Positions 38,602 to 47,071 of a DNA stretch of 64,000 bases are shown piece by piece (within the stretch, counting starts at the first letter, position 1; every line of letters begins with the position of its first letter). The notes beneath the pieces are model-generated. The model ran no database searches, was not told the DNA's origin, and saw nothing but the letters and a program-made list of their open reading frames with translations. A program made the translations under genes and the position numbers. This DNA is from a virus, in IMG/VR virus record IMGVR_UViG_3300050013_000165, positions 1 through 64,000 of that record; one strand, given 5' to 3'.

Positions 38602-38696
38602 GAAGCGGCGGCTGGGCAGGAGCGGCGACTGGTGACATCGTCGGACCTGAGACCTCCAAATCGATAGGTTCCTTTCCCTGACCCAGCCGCTGCCCC
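38602..38696 (-). ncRNA. candidate structured RNA (long closing stem, two inner hairpins)
   Basis: GCGGCTGGG-T-CAGG pairs with CCTG-CCCAGCCGC; intergenic. Confidence 0.4.
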
Positions 38697-38698
38697 AA

Positions 38699-38878
38699 TT
38701 AGGCCTTTCGGCGTCGATACTTCGTTGAGCCGACTGCGTTGCACGCTCCGAAGTGTGGAGCGTTGTAGCAAACAGGACAGTGTCCTTGTGTTTGCCGCTT
38801 GCCGTGGAAGATGCCTCGATTGCGTAAGTACGCCGCCATCTCACGGTCTTTGTTCTTTTGGACTTGATTAGAAGCCAT
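38699..38878 (-). CDS. small basic CxxC-H-C protein (59 aa, not in ORF track)
   Basis: AAGGAGGTG RBS; MASNQVQKNKDREMAAYLRNRGIF...CPVC....H...C. Confidence 0.7.
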   Translation of the reverse strand: MASNQVQKNKDREMAAYLRNRGIFHGKRQTQGHCPVCYNAPHFGACNAVGSTKYRRRKA

Positions 38879-39171
38879 GACGAAAAGTTCACCTCCTTCA
38901 GGTTTACCTAGTCGTCATGGCGCGACTCCTTAATCATTTGAATTCCTTTCGTTCCGAATTTCGGAAAGCCGATCAACGTAGCACGCGATAATGCCCCGAC
39001 GCAGAGCGAGGGCGACTCTCTCTGAATCAGGGCATCGTCGGGAGCTACCCAACACTCGCCTGCGCTTGGTGAGCCGGTCATCTTCGTCACGGCCGGAATT
39101 TGGACTCCGGCTTGCTCGTCGATGGGAGTGCGGACTTTCGGCGCGCAGACCGCAGCACTCGCATTAGCCAG

Positions 39172-39244
39172 CTCCCCCAGGAGGACTTGAACCTCCGACC
39201 CTCGGATTAACAATCCGGTGCTCTGCCGACTGAGCTACAGGGGA
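39172..39244 (-). tRNA. tRNA-Asn (GTT), CCA not encoded
   Basis: Cloverleaf TCCCCTG/TGGGGGA, D arm GCTC/GAGC, anticodon loop TTGTTAA, T arm GGAGG-TTCAAGT-CCTCC. Confidence 0.93.
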
Positions 39245-39299
39245 ATGATGCATCTTGATCTATTAGCACCATTGACTCTAATGCTCGACTGGTGCAACA

Positions 39300-39584
39300 T
39301 CAATAACGAGCCAGCCGGACGAACTTGCGAAGCGAATAAATCGTCAAATCGACGTCCCCAGGCCCGCTCGGTTGTCCCTCTGGCTGTGTGCGCCAGGTGT
39401 GATGCTCGAACTGCTTGGCTAATCCGCAACCCTCTGCGGCTGTTTCAAGCTTGACCCCCATGAGATCGAGATCGTCTGTACCGGCAACGTGTAATCCGTG
39501 GATAGTTGAACCGATGATTACCCGCAAAAACTCGCCGGGGTAAGCCCGAGGTGATCCATCGGCATTCAATTTGATTTCAGGCAT
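39300..39584 (-). pseudogene. truncated Pol-beta superfamily nucleotidyltransferase (RlaP/YcgL-like)
   Basis: GSTIHGL...DDLDLMGV...DLTIYSLRKFVRLA then stop, before the expected GNP motif. Confidence 0.75.
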
Positions 39585-39815
39585 AACGCTCCATCGTGCA
39601 AATCGGGGAGTCCCCGCAGCCATTATCCATTACACATTAAGTCATTAGATAAAGATTCTAATGACATTACGCAATACAAAGATTCCTAATCTCTACTTTT
39701 CCGGTGAAGCGAGCGAAGCGAGAAGAGATAAAGGGGAGGCTCGCCCGTTGGTCGGTCAACGTAGTGAGAAAATCAGACTCTTGTCAAATGCCGAGGCAGA
39801 CGCTACGTTTTTTCT

Positions 39816-40052
39816 GTGCCGCTTTTCGACAAGCTTCTTGAATCCCCACGTCGTCGCTATCTCGATTTGAACAACAAGTGGCGACCTTCTCGACAGTCAG
39901 TTCAAGGTGTGGCTTGCCCGCATTGTGGAAGTCTCCCCGGCAAAGCATGCGTTCGATGGAGTCGAAGCGAGAAGAGAACCGTATTACGTAAATCAAATCA
40001 CGAGGAACGATTAGCTGCTCTTTTGGACTGGTTAGAGGAGACCCTTGGATGA
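39816..40052 (+). CDS. small zinc-finger protein
   Basis: VACPHCGSLPGKAC...HEER. Confidence 0.6.
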   Translation: MPLFDKLLESPRRRYLDLNNKWRPSRQSVQGVACPHCGSLPGKACVRWSRSEKRTVLRKSNHEERLAALLDWLEETLG

Positions 40053-40318
40053 GCGAGCCCCAACTGGTGTTTACGAAGCACAGCTTGACCGACAAATGGA
40101 AGAGTCAGATTACGGAAGCCTTCGCCGCCTGCCGAACGAATCAGGACGCCAACCATTTGTACAAGCGAATTTTTCACTTCTACTTCATCCGCAAGTTTCA
40201 CGACCCTGGTTACAACGAGCCTGAGTACCAGACTTGGAAGCAAGTGCGGGATTACATCTCTGAGGCATTACGTCGCCGCTTTGCTACTTTCGCTGGCTAC
40301 AAAGATACCAACGTCTAA
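40049..40318 (+). CDS. hypothetical protein
   Basis: GAGGAG RBS, ATGA overlap. Confidence 0.6.
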   Translation: MSEPQLVFTKHSLTDKWKSQITEAFAACRTNQDANHLYKRIFHFYFIRKFHDPGYNEPEYQTWKQVRDYISEALRRRFATFAGYKDTNV

Positions 40319-40392
40319 CAGGACTTTTGTCATATGGGAAGCATTATGGCATTACCGGTGTTAGATTCATTAGATGGACAAGGAGGTCCAAG

Positions 40393-40782
40393 GTGAAAAG
40401 GAACAGGCTGCACATAGCGTTTTGGATGTGGATGCTGCTTATCGGCGGGTTCGCTGTTTTACTTGGTTCGTCTTCACACACTGTTGATGGCATTGCCACC
40501 GGCATGATCCTTGTTGCTCTTGCTGCTGCTCTGATTTGGTTTCTCCGTTGCGGGTGGTCGGCTGCCCATTATTTCAATCAGCAACTCACCGTCGCTGCGA
40601 CCCCGGTCATGTCTCCGCAGGAGATCAACCAACGCTTCATTAACGACCAGGGGCGTGAGCCAACTATCGAAGAGGTTGCTGCAATTCAGCAAATGCTTCG
40701 TAATGAGCACAACGACGCCTTGGTGCGTTCGGGGATTGGCATTGGAGCACTTCTCTTCATTGGGCGTAGCGCCAGGCTCTAA
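40393..40782 (+). CDS. membrane protein
   Basis: AGGAGG RBS; 2-3 TM helices. Confidence 0.7.
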   Translation: MKRNRLHIAFWMWMLLIGGFAVLLGSSSHTVDGIATGMILVALAAALIWFLRCGWSAAHYFNQQLTVAATPVMSPQEINQRFINDQGREPTIEEVAAIQQMLRNEHNDALVRSGIGIGALLFIGRSARL

Positions 40783-40791
40783 ACTGGGCTC

Positions 40792-41175
40792 ATGCCACGA
40801 CGCCCAGGCGGATTAGGTGACTACGGTCGCCGTCGAGTAGACGATCTTCTTTCTCCCTTTCTGAGCGTCGATCCGGTCGAGCCCGAAGGCAACCCGGCGG
40901 CGCTCACCATCTCAATTCCCGATGAGCGAGAGTTTGTCCCCGATTACTGGGACACCTTTGATTCTTCGCGGGTCCGCGAAGCTGTCTATGACCGAGAGCA
41001 CCAGCGGCTCTATGTTCGGTTCGTAAAACCCGAGCCAGTCGGGACGCCGTGGACCTATGAAGGAGTGCCAGAGAATGTTTGGCGCAATTTCAAAGCATCA
41101 AAGTCGCAAGGGAAATTCGTCAATCGAGTTCTCAACCAGTACTCCTACCACCAAGGGACCTGGAACTCTCGCTGA
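40792..41175 (+). CDS. KTSC domain protein
   Basis: SSRV..A.YD...QRLYVRF...YEGVP..VW..FKASKS.GKFVN. Confidence 0.85.
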   Translation: MPRRPGGLGDYGRRRVDDLLSPFLSVDPVEPEGNPAALTISIPDEREFVPDYWDTFDSSRVREAVYDREHQRLYVRFVKPEPVGTPWTYEGVPENVWRNFKASKSQGKFVNRVLNQYSYHQGTWNSR

Positions 41176-41187
41176 TCAGGTGATTGC

Positions 41188-41604
41188 GTGATCGCCTTCA
41201 TCCATGCGAGCTTGCGTTACGACCTAGACCACCTCCGGCATTTTTTCGCCTTCGCATTTAATCCAGACAACTGGATCACCAACGGGTCCGAACAAGTCAT
41301 TGCGGCTCTCGTCATCTTCGTCTTCAGTGCATTTTTCGTGAAGAAAATTTGGCCCAAATGGAAGGCTCGCCTCAGCGCTCGACTGAAGAAGGGCGACACC
41401 TTTCTTCACGAAATTGTCGGGCACCTCCTGAAGCCACATCTCGATGCACACCATGATCGAATGGTGCGCTCGATCCGAGGCGAACTTCGAGCAAAGCCTG
41501 TGTTGCCTAAAGCTCCGCAGCGCTCTGCTCCGAGGTTGCCGACCCCGGCAAAGAAAAGCTCTCCAAAGAGGAGATCACCGACACGAAGGAGTTCTAATTC
41601 ATGA
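41188..41604 (+). CDS. membrane protein with basic tail
   Basis: One TM helix; Lys/Arg/Pro-rich C-terminus. Confidence 0.55.
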   Translation: MIAFIHASLRYDLDHLRHFFAFAFNPDNWITNGSEQVIAALVIFVFSAFFVKKIWPKWKARLSARLKKGDTFLHEIVGHLLKPHLDAHHDRMVRSIRGELRAKPVLPKAPQRSAPRLPTPAKKSSPKRRSPTRRSSNS

Positions 41605-42581
41605 CACGTACCGCTGGACGAGTAGGTCCGCATCGCGAAAGTCACGAGGAGTCGCTTCTCGTAACCAACTTCTCAGCGGCGGGCGAGTCCAATGCATATG
41701 CCGACTGGGATGGGACGCACGGCATTACCGAATGGGGAATGGACAACAACGGTCCTGACCCGACCAATCCTCCGGCGTTTCCTGACGGACTTGGTTGTTG
41801 TGGAGGTGCTGCACCTGATCACGGCAACATGGCGAAGAAGGACGACGTCTCGTTGCTCGGCACGCTTGGTCAACCAAAATTTTCTGGCATGCTCGGCACA
41901 TATTTTGCATTTGGTGTGTCACAAGGTGAGGTCGGCCAACCTCCGGCACCAGAAGATGAGCCCGACCAAGGTGTTGCAAATGCTCCTTGGTTGAAGTTCC
42001 TTTTCGAGAACGGGATCCTCGACGAGTACGCCGAAGTTCCGCTCGATCAGCTAGACACCTATGCGCCGATTGGCAACGGTCTTTTGATTGGTGTGCAGCT
42101 CGATGCGCAGGCGCAGCAACAGTTCGAGAATCAGGAGCCGTGGGACGGAGCGCCGGACCCCGAGATGGGGCACGACGTTTGGCTCATCAAGCTCAATGCT
42201 GATGGTTCGGGTGAGGTGATTAGTTGGGGAGCGAACCAGGCGTTCACTCTCAACTTCCGACAGAACAACATCACCGACGCTTGGTTGATTGGTGACAACG
42301 ACGACCCGACCGTGGATCATGACGCACTGCATGCAGCAATCGTTGCGCTCGGTGGTGCATCGAACAACCAAACGCCGCCAGCAGACGACACGCCACCTCC
42401 TGCGCCTCCGGCGAAGGGGAAGTCGAAGATCAAGGACGTGCTCGAATCCGTTGAACACGACATCGAAGAAGCTGTGCACGATGTTGATGAAGAAGCAAAG
42501 CGACTCGCCAGTGACGTCAGTAAGGGCGTTTTCGGTCGAAGCAATGCGGACGTTTCAAACGGGCCTGGTCCAAGACGGTGA
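41601..42581 (+). CDS. papain-like cysteine peptidase
   Basis: WGMDNN...GCC..A..H, D.G, GHDV, ISWG. Confidence 0.6.
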   Translation: MTRTAGRVGPHRESHEESLLVTNFSAAGESNAYADWDGTHGITEWGMDNNGPDPTNPPAFPDGLGCCGGAAPDHGNMAKKDDVSLLGTLGQPKFSGMLGTYFAFGVSQGEVGQPPAPEDEPDQGVANAPWLKFLFENGILDEYAEVPLDQLDTYAPIGNGLLIGVQLDAQAQQQFENQEPWDGAPDPEMGHDVWLIKLNADGSGEVISWGANQAFTLNFRQNNITDAWLIGDNDDPTVDHDALHAAIVALGGASNNQTPPADDTPPPAPPAKGKSKIKDVLESVEHDIEEAVHDVDEEAKRLASDVSKGVFGRSNADVSNGPGPRR

Positions 42582-42585
42582 CCTA

Positions 42586-42909
42586 ATGCCGCCAGGAGAC
42601 ATCACTGATGCTCGCCGCGTCTTCTCGTTTGATGAGATCGAGAAGGCTGGTGACTACTTCCTCGGTCAGATCGACGATGGAGGAGTTATCAAACCGATGG
42701 TTTGGTTTTTGTTACCTACTCACAAGGGAACAGACAAATTTGATCGGCCTGACGAGCACAGTGGTCTCCACGGTTTGACCGAACCACCGTGGACCATTCG
42801 AGAGTGTGGAGATGGTTCGATTGAAGTCAGAGCATCAATAGGATGCGGGCCAGAGCCTTACTATTGGCACGGCTACCTCGATGAGGGTAATCATTGGCGG
42901 GAAGTCTGA
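42586..42909 (+). CDS. DUF6527-like protein
   Basis: WTI...DGSIEVRASI.C...WHGYL..G.W. Confidence 0.55.
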   Translation: MPPGDITDARRVFSFDEIEKAGDYFLGQIDDGGVIKPMVWFLLPTHKGTDKFDRPDEHSGLHGLTEPPWTIRECGDGSIEVRASIGCGPEPYYWHGYLDEGNHWREV

Positions 42910-42985
42910 TGAAGGACTGCTCGCAACTGAAGGCTCGAATTGACGAAGTTGCGAACACCATTGATCAAGTTTTGGAGGAAAACGA

Positions 42986-43354
42986 GTGGCAGTTAACGAA
43001 GTCTCAATTAGGGCGCTCTACACCGCCATCGTCAAGCTCGAAAAAGGTGCCCCCCTTGTCCACGTCTCGGGGTGCATCCAACAGCACCCCCCGTTCCGTC
43101 GAGGAAAGGTCCTTATAGTCAAGGTTCTTCCCCGACGAGGCATTGCAGTTGGTGTGTGGACACGGAGAAAAGTTCCTGACTGGATGCCGGATTGGATGGC
43201 CGACGAACTCTGGATTTTGCCGGAGTCGTGGGATAACCTCCCTCCTGAAGATTTGACCAAATTCAAGGACATTGCAAATTGGTTTGCCGATGATGCTGAG
43301 ACGCCGAACAACAGCGAAACAGAACGAGACACCAAACCAGTCGAAGCTGGCTGA
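42986..43354 (+). CDS. hypothetical protein
   Basis: GGAGG RBS, GTG start; PPFRRGK motif. Confidence 0.55.
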   Translation: MAVNEVSIRALYTAIVKLEKGAPLVHVSGCIQQHPPFRRGKVLIVKVLPRRGIAVGVWTRRKVPDWMPDWMADELWILPESWDNLPPEDLTKFKDIANWFADDAETPNNSETERDTKPVEAG

Positions 43355-43574
43355 GCGCGCCTCGAACCTCGGTGACGATGAGTTAGTGAAGCTCCTCGAA
43401 GCGTCCATCGCATCTATGTCGAGCTACGTCCCCGAGTACCGCTCGACGAGAGATGTTGCTTTTCTCGGGGAGATTCGACTGTCGGCTGAAATGGCCTACT
43501 CACTTGCTGATGAACTATTCAGTCGAGGGCAAGACTCCGCAGTCAAGCGCACTCGACAGTTCTTGGGCCGCTAA
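43293..43574 (+). CDS. conserved helical phage protein
   Basis: TAATG-coupled to the GT gene. Confidence 0.6.
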   Translation: MLRRRTTAKQNETPNQSKLAERASNLGDDELVKLLEASIASMSSYVPEYRSTRDVAFLGEIRLSAEMAYSLADELFSRGQDSAVKRTRQFLGR

Positions 43575-44347
43575 TGCCTGTCGATGTTGTTGTCGTGAAC
43601 TACAAGACACCGGATTTGCTTCAAGACTTCATTCGTTCTTATGAAGCCTTGGAACTACCGGGTTGCACGCTCACTATTGTTGAAGTTGAAGCGAACATTC
43701 CTGAAGATTGGCTTCGTGCTGAAGAATCCAATTCAAGGCAAACTCTCTTCTTTCGGGAAAACATTGGATATGGAAAAGCGTGCAACGAAGGGGCAGCTCT
43801 CGGGCACAATTCCATAATTCTCTTCGCTAACGCTGACACCCTTTTGAGTGATGGGTTCAGGGAATGCCATGACGCTTTAAGAGACCATCCGAATTGGGGA
43901 GTTCTCGGACCTCGACAAGTGAACGAGTTCAACTGCTTTACTGCGGGCGGCATCCCTGGTGGACCTCACGGCCATGTTCAACGTGGTTGGAACCAAACCG
44001 ATGTTGGTCAGTGCAGCGATGTGCTTGAAGACGTCTACTCGGTTTCGGGTTCGCTTTATTTCATCAAACGCTCTGTGTGGAAAGAACTGACTGAGTGTCC
44101 GGTTTGGAAAGAGTATGCACCCAATGCTGTTGGAGCCTTCTTGGAGACGCGGCACTACTTCGAAGAGACGACGTGTTCTCGGCATCTCACTGCTCACGGG
44201 CACATCAATGTGTTCTACGGACCCGTGAAGATGACACACCTCTTTCATCGTTCATCAGATCACGGGGGTTGGCAGGATCGAGAGGTCACCAACAGCAAAA
44301 CGATGCACAGAGAATTTCTTGCGCTACACGGCATTGAACATGAGTAA
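43574..44347 (+). CDS. GT2 glycosyltransferase
   Basis: VVVVNYKT, NIGYGKACNEGA, NADT, VSGS, YFEE. Confidence 0.92.
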   Translation: MPVDVVVVNYKTPDLLQDFIRSYEALELPGCTLTIVEVEANIPEDWLRAEESNSRQTLFFRENIGYGKACNEGAALGHNSIILFANADTLLSDGFRECHDALRDHPNWGVLGPRQVNEFNCFTAGGIPGGPHGHVQRGWNQTDVGQCSDVLEDVYSVSGSLYFIKRSVWKELTECPVWKEYAPNAVGAFLETRHYFEETTCSRHLTAHGHINVFYGPVKMTHLFHRSSDHGGWQDREVTNSKTMHREFLALHGIEHE

Positions 44348-44777
44348 CAAACTTCGGTGTAGTGCTTGTCGGCTGAATAAGGGTGAAGCAGAGTTTGCAC
44401 TGAATTCCCGAACTAAGACTGGGCATCAAAATCAATGCCGTAGTTGCATGAAGAAGCACAACTCTCGTTATACAACTGATGATTACCGCTGGAAGAAAAT
44501 CCTTTGGATGTATCATCTGACCCGAGCGCAATTTGAAGCCCTCTTGAAAAAGCAGGGCGGTCGTTGCGCCATTTGTCGGACGAAACGCCCAGGAGGTCGG
44601 TACAACCGTTGGGTAATCGATCACGATCACAAGTGTTGCGACGGCCCTTATTCCTGCGGTAAGTGTGTTCGAGGATTGCTGTGCAATCGATGTAATCACG
44701 GTTTAGGAAACTTTGCAGATAATCAAAAAGCTCTTCAGCGTGCTGTCATCTATCTTGAACGAATCGAGCACGAGTGA
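44340..44777 (+). CDS. endonuclease VII-family homing endonuclease
   Basis: QGGRCAIC...IDHDHKCC...CGKCVRGLLCNRCNHGLG. Confidence 0.92.
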   Translation: MSNKLRCSACRLNKGEAEFALNSRTKTGHQNQCRSCMKKHNSRYTTDDYRWKKILWMYHLTRAQFEALLKKQGGRCAICRTKRPGGRYNRWVIDHDHKCCDGPYSCGKCVRGLLCNRCNHGLGNFADNQKALQRAVIYLERIEHE

Positions 44778-44880
44778 TGGAAGACATTCGAGATCGAGAC
44801 TGGTGTGCTTGTGTTGATCCACTTCTCAATCAGTGCAAGGAGCGTCACTGTCCGTGGAAGAGAAAGCGACTTGAAGAAGA

Positions 44881-45612
44881 ATGAGACTTTTTGCTTTTAC
44901 GGTTGGAAAGAACGAGGAGAGTCGATACCTGTCTTCCATGATTCGCAATCTTGATGGCTTTGTCGATGATCACTTTTTTTACGACGATCAATCGACAGAT
45001 CGAACATTGGATATTGCTGACGTTTTGGGTTGTGTCGCTATCCGGCGTCCTGATGGGGTGGCCTCTTTTTCAGAAGATGAGGGAATGTTTCGCGAAGCCG
45101 CTTGGAAGTCTTTTGAGCTTCATATGCATCCCCGGCTTGGTGATTGGGTTCTCGTAATTGACTGTGACGAGTTTCTTTCCATCAAAGGTCAGGGTGTCGA
45201 GTTCAACGACATCATGCGTGGTGGAACGGCCGTCAATCTGAGTATCCCCGAAGTTTTCGGCTTTGATACAGATGGGTGCCCTCTTGTTCGCACGGATCGA
45301 AAGTGGGGAACAATTTTTGCTCCCCGACTTTTCGCCTATCAAGAAAATGGTGGCTTCGCTCGGGGCAAGGTTGGTGTTCCTGCTGTTCCGAGTTACGTCA
45401 TGGCGACCCCGAATCGGGTCTCGACGGACGATGTCGTTTTGATGCACTTGGGGTACGCACGGTTTGAAGATCAAGAGATCAAATACGCTCGATACAACGG
45501 CGTCGATGGTCATTCTGACGAACACGTTCAGTCAATTGTGTCACCGGACAAGACGCTTGTTCGGTGCGAAGAGTGGAAGTGCAGGATTCCGTGGAAACAG
45601 TTGATGTCATAG
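44881..45612 (+). CDS. GT2-like glycosyltransferase
   Basis: KNEE.RYL, DDQSTD.T, IDCDE, HLGY. Confidence 0.88.
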   Translation: MRLFAFTVGKNEESRYLSSMIRNLDGFVDDHFFYDDQSTDRTLDIADVLGCVAIRRPDGVASFSEDEGMFREAAWKSFELHMHPRLGDWVLVIDCDEFLSIKGQGVEFNDIMRGGTAVNLSIPEVFGFDTDGCPLVRTDRKWGTIFAPRLFAYQENGGFARGKVGVPAVPSYVMATPNRVSTDDVVLMHLGYARFEDQEIKYARYNGVDGHSDEHVQSIVSPDKTLVRCEEWKCRIPWKQLMS

Positions 45613-46223
45613 TTCCAACCTGTGGCGATATCGATGTATGGAAGCCGTTGGCCGAGCGTGCTCAACAGTCGGCCTTCAACCAAGTTGTCAAAGCGAATCG
45701 AGTGATCTGGTCACACAAGGCGACGGTTTCCGAAGCTCGGAACTTCGGAGCTTCACTCAGCACCGGAGATTGGCTGATCTTTCTTGACGCCGACGATGAA
45801 CTTGACCCACGGTATATCGAGCACATGATCGCGGGGAGTGGAGATATACGGCAACCTTCGACGCTCGGGGTCGTTAATGGCGTCGAGGATGATTTTCCAG
45901 TTCTTATCGAGCAGAAGAGCCTCATCATAGGTAACTATCTGATAATCGGCTCGATGGTCCGGCGGAAGTTGTTCTTGTCGGTAGGGGGTTTCCGTGACTT
46001 CCCGATTCTTGAAGATTGGGATTTATTTATTCGCCTCGCACTGGCTGGGGCTAAAATTGGCAAATGCCCTGATGCCATTTATCGGGTGCATGTACTTCCC
46101 GATAGTCGAAATAAACAGGGAGACTCAATTCATGGCAGCGTCTACAGTCAAATCCAAAGGGAACACGAAGCCGCTTGGTTCGCAAAGTTCCACCGTGACG
46201 AGTCATCCTTGTACGTTGTGTAA
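45591..46223 (+). CDS. GT2 glycosyltransferase
   Basis: ARNFGA, FLDADDEL, GGF, EDWDL. Confidence 0.9.
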   Translation: METVDVIVPTCGDIDVWKPLAERAQQSAFNQVVKANRVIWSHKATVSEARNFGASLSTGDWLIFLDADDELDPRYIEHMIAGSGDIRQPSTLGVVNGVEDDFPVLIEQKSLIIGNYLIIGSMVRRKLFLSVGGFRDFPILEDWDLFIRLALAGAKIGKCPDAIYRVHVLPDSRNKQGDSIHGSVYSQIQREHEAAWFAKFHRDESSLYVV

Positions 46224-46608
46224 GCGACCAATTAAGAGCAAATACAAGCGTTGCAGTAACTGTCGTCAAGGTCAACGAGAGGATTATTACGCCAATCACG
46301 ACCGCTTATTGAAGAAAATGCGTGAGCGTGATCCAGAAGGACGATTTGCTTACAACATAAAGCGTTGGTACGGAATCACGCTTGACGAGTACAACTCTTT
46401 GTTGAAAGAGCAGGGCGGGGGGTGCGCCATTTGCCATTCGACAGAACCGGCAGGCAAAAGAGTCAAGCGGTTTTCTGTTGACCATGACCACCGGACCGGA
46501 AAAGTTCGAGGTCTGCTTTGTAATCTTTGCAATCACTTGCTTGGCTGTGCTCGGGATGATTTGCAGCTTTTAGTAAATGCCGTTGCGTATTTGGAGCGGG
46601 TGGCATGA
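46132..46608 (+). CDS. endonuclease VII-family homing endonuclease
   Basis: YGITLDEY...QGGGCAIC...VDHDHRTGKVRGLLCNLCN. Confidence 0.92.
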   Translation: MAASTVKSKGNTKPLGSQSSTVTSHPCTLCKRPIKSKYKRCSNCRQGQREDYYANHDRLLKKMRERDPEGRFAYNIKRWYGITLDEYNSLLKEQGGGCAICHSTEPAGKRVKRFSVDHDHRTGKVRGLLCNLCNHLLGCARDDLQLLVNAVAYLERVA

Positions 46609-46889
46609 CCAATAAAATTTATCTAAATACTAACGAAATTATCTTTCTAAACGCCGACCATCAATTAGTTGATGGAAGTGCTGTTCATCCTCTGATGTGT
46701 GAACAGACAATGGAGCACATGAGAGAAGTCCACGGTGTTACAGACGGTTATACCGAAGGTGCAATTTTGGACTTGTCGTGGTGGCTGCAACAACACTTGA
46801 AACTTCACCCACCAATTACTCGGAAGTGGCCTGACCTTAATGAGCCTGGGTATGGTCGTCCAATAAAAATGAAACCTGTAAAACGATGA
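46605..46889 (+). CDS. hypothetical passenger protein
   Basis: ATGA-coupled to the endonuclease; AT-rich. Confidence 0.6.
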   Translation: MTNKIYLNTNEIIFLNADHQLVDGSAVHPLMCEQTMEHMREVHGVTDGYTEGAILDLSWWLQQHLKLHPPITRKWPDLNEPGYGRPIKMKPVKR

Positions 46890-47071
46890 GTTTGTGGATT
46901 AGGTGCAAAATGGCCGGGGCTGTAATTTCGGCAGTACCCGAAGCCATCTATCGCGTTCATGTGAACGAGGGTAGTCGCAACAAACAGCCGCCAGAGTTGC
47001 ACGGTCAGACCTATATGCAGATTCAGCAGGAACACCAAATGGAATACATGCGAATGTTCGGTCGAACATGA
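46886..47071 (+). pseudogene. displaced duplicate C-terminus of the 45591-46223 GT
   Basis: 28 of 48 residues identical by manual alignment (AIYRVHV, SRNKQ, HG..Y.QIQ.EH). Confidence 0.85.

Noticed and set aside
38602-38696. Hammerhead ribozyme or SRP RNA
   Set aside because: No CUGAUGA/GAAA core in the right order; TCAGGTCCG is not followed by the SRP GAAGGAAGCAG
39172-39244. tRNA as prophage attachment site
   Set aside because: No integrase, no duplicated tRNA end and phage genes on both sides
45591-47071. Group I intron interrupting the GT
   Set aside because: The upstream GT is complete with its own tail, and the insert is filled by coupled ORFs with no room for a ribozyme core
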